Shown here: one piece after another, positions 63,926-64,000 of the stretch
Layout: each line of letters opens with the position of its first letter
How positions within the stretch are numbered: position 1 is the first letter of the stretch
Program-made: the position numbers and the translations under genes
Notes under the pieces: model-generated
Seen by the model: only the letters and a program-made list of their open reading frames with translations
The model's database searches: none
What the model was told of the DNA's origin: nothing
Virus record (IMG/VR): IMGVR_UViG_3300045157_000010
DNA length: 64,000 nt
Source of the DNA: a virus
Direction: 5' to 3' (one strand)

Positions 63926-64000
63926 CTATTGCATTGACACAAACCTCGAATAGTGCAACTGGCTAGCGACCGTGACAGTGCCCGTATCCCCGCCACGATG
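63926..64000 (-). CDS. dnaB: DnaB 3' end (second copy, truncated by window edge)
   Basis: Identical to 13752-13826. Confidence 0.8.
   Translation of the reverse strand, partial: HRGGDTGTVTVASQLHYSRFVSMQ

Larger units (their letters stand above)
50175..64000 (+). repeat. Exact second copy of positions 1-13826 (circular wrap or concatemer)
   Basis: gttacgctccagaacc at 1 and 50175; every ORF recurs at +50174; window end matches 13826. Confidence 0.98.

Noticed and set aside
50175-64000. Biological segmental duplication or long terminal repeat
   Set aside because: The copy starts mid-portal and ends at the window edge; most simply a circular wrap

Overview
The window is a complete temperate siphovirus genome of 50,174 bp plus an exact wrap-around: 1-13826 recurs at 50175-64000. 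GC is high and the gene families are typical of Mycobacteriales phages; Corynebacterium-like host is an inference. Nearly all genes are on the minus strand. In transcription order: terS, terL, portal, Clp-like protease/scaffold, decoration protein, major capsid, head-tail genes, major tail, an SGNH esterase, frameshifted tail chaperones, tape measure, Dit/Tal, fibers, GH19+amidase lysin and holin. An intact attP (3' half of tRNA-Val(TAC)) follows a plus-strand lysogeny operon (repressor, ImmA/IrrE protease, membrane protein, lipoprotein, tyrosine integrase). The leftward early/middle operon carries an antirepressor, Xis-like protein, YqaJ exonuclease, annealing protein, HNHs, a Rep with internal iterons, SSB, NrdH, DnaB, dUTPase, metallophosphoesterase, ThyX, a split overlapping C5 methylase, RusA, NrdE and a likely late regulator. 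The most unusual signals are RNA- and translation-level. (1) A ~790-nt non-coding locus has four T-loop (tRNA-fold) modules, only one a normal tRNA, and a leader with three anti-SD motifs at 14-nt period. (2) A minimal tRNA-like cloverleaf sits in the early leader upstream of the antirepressor, where Cro would normally be. (3) Several enzyme genes appear to use near-cognate start codons (CTG/ATA/ATC). (4) NrdE is present without NrdF/NrdI. (5) An inverted leaderless gene lies in a direct-repeat-flanked cassette. All assignments come from motif recognition by eye; no database searches were run.
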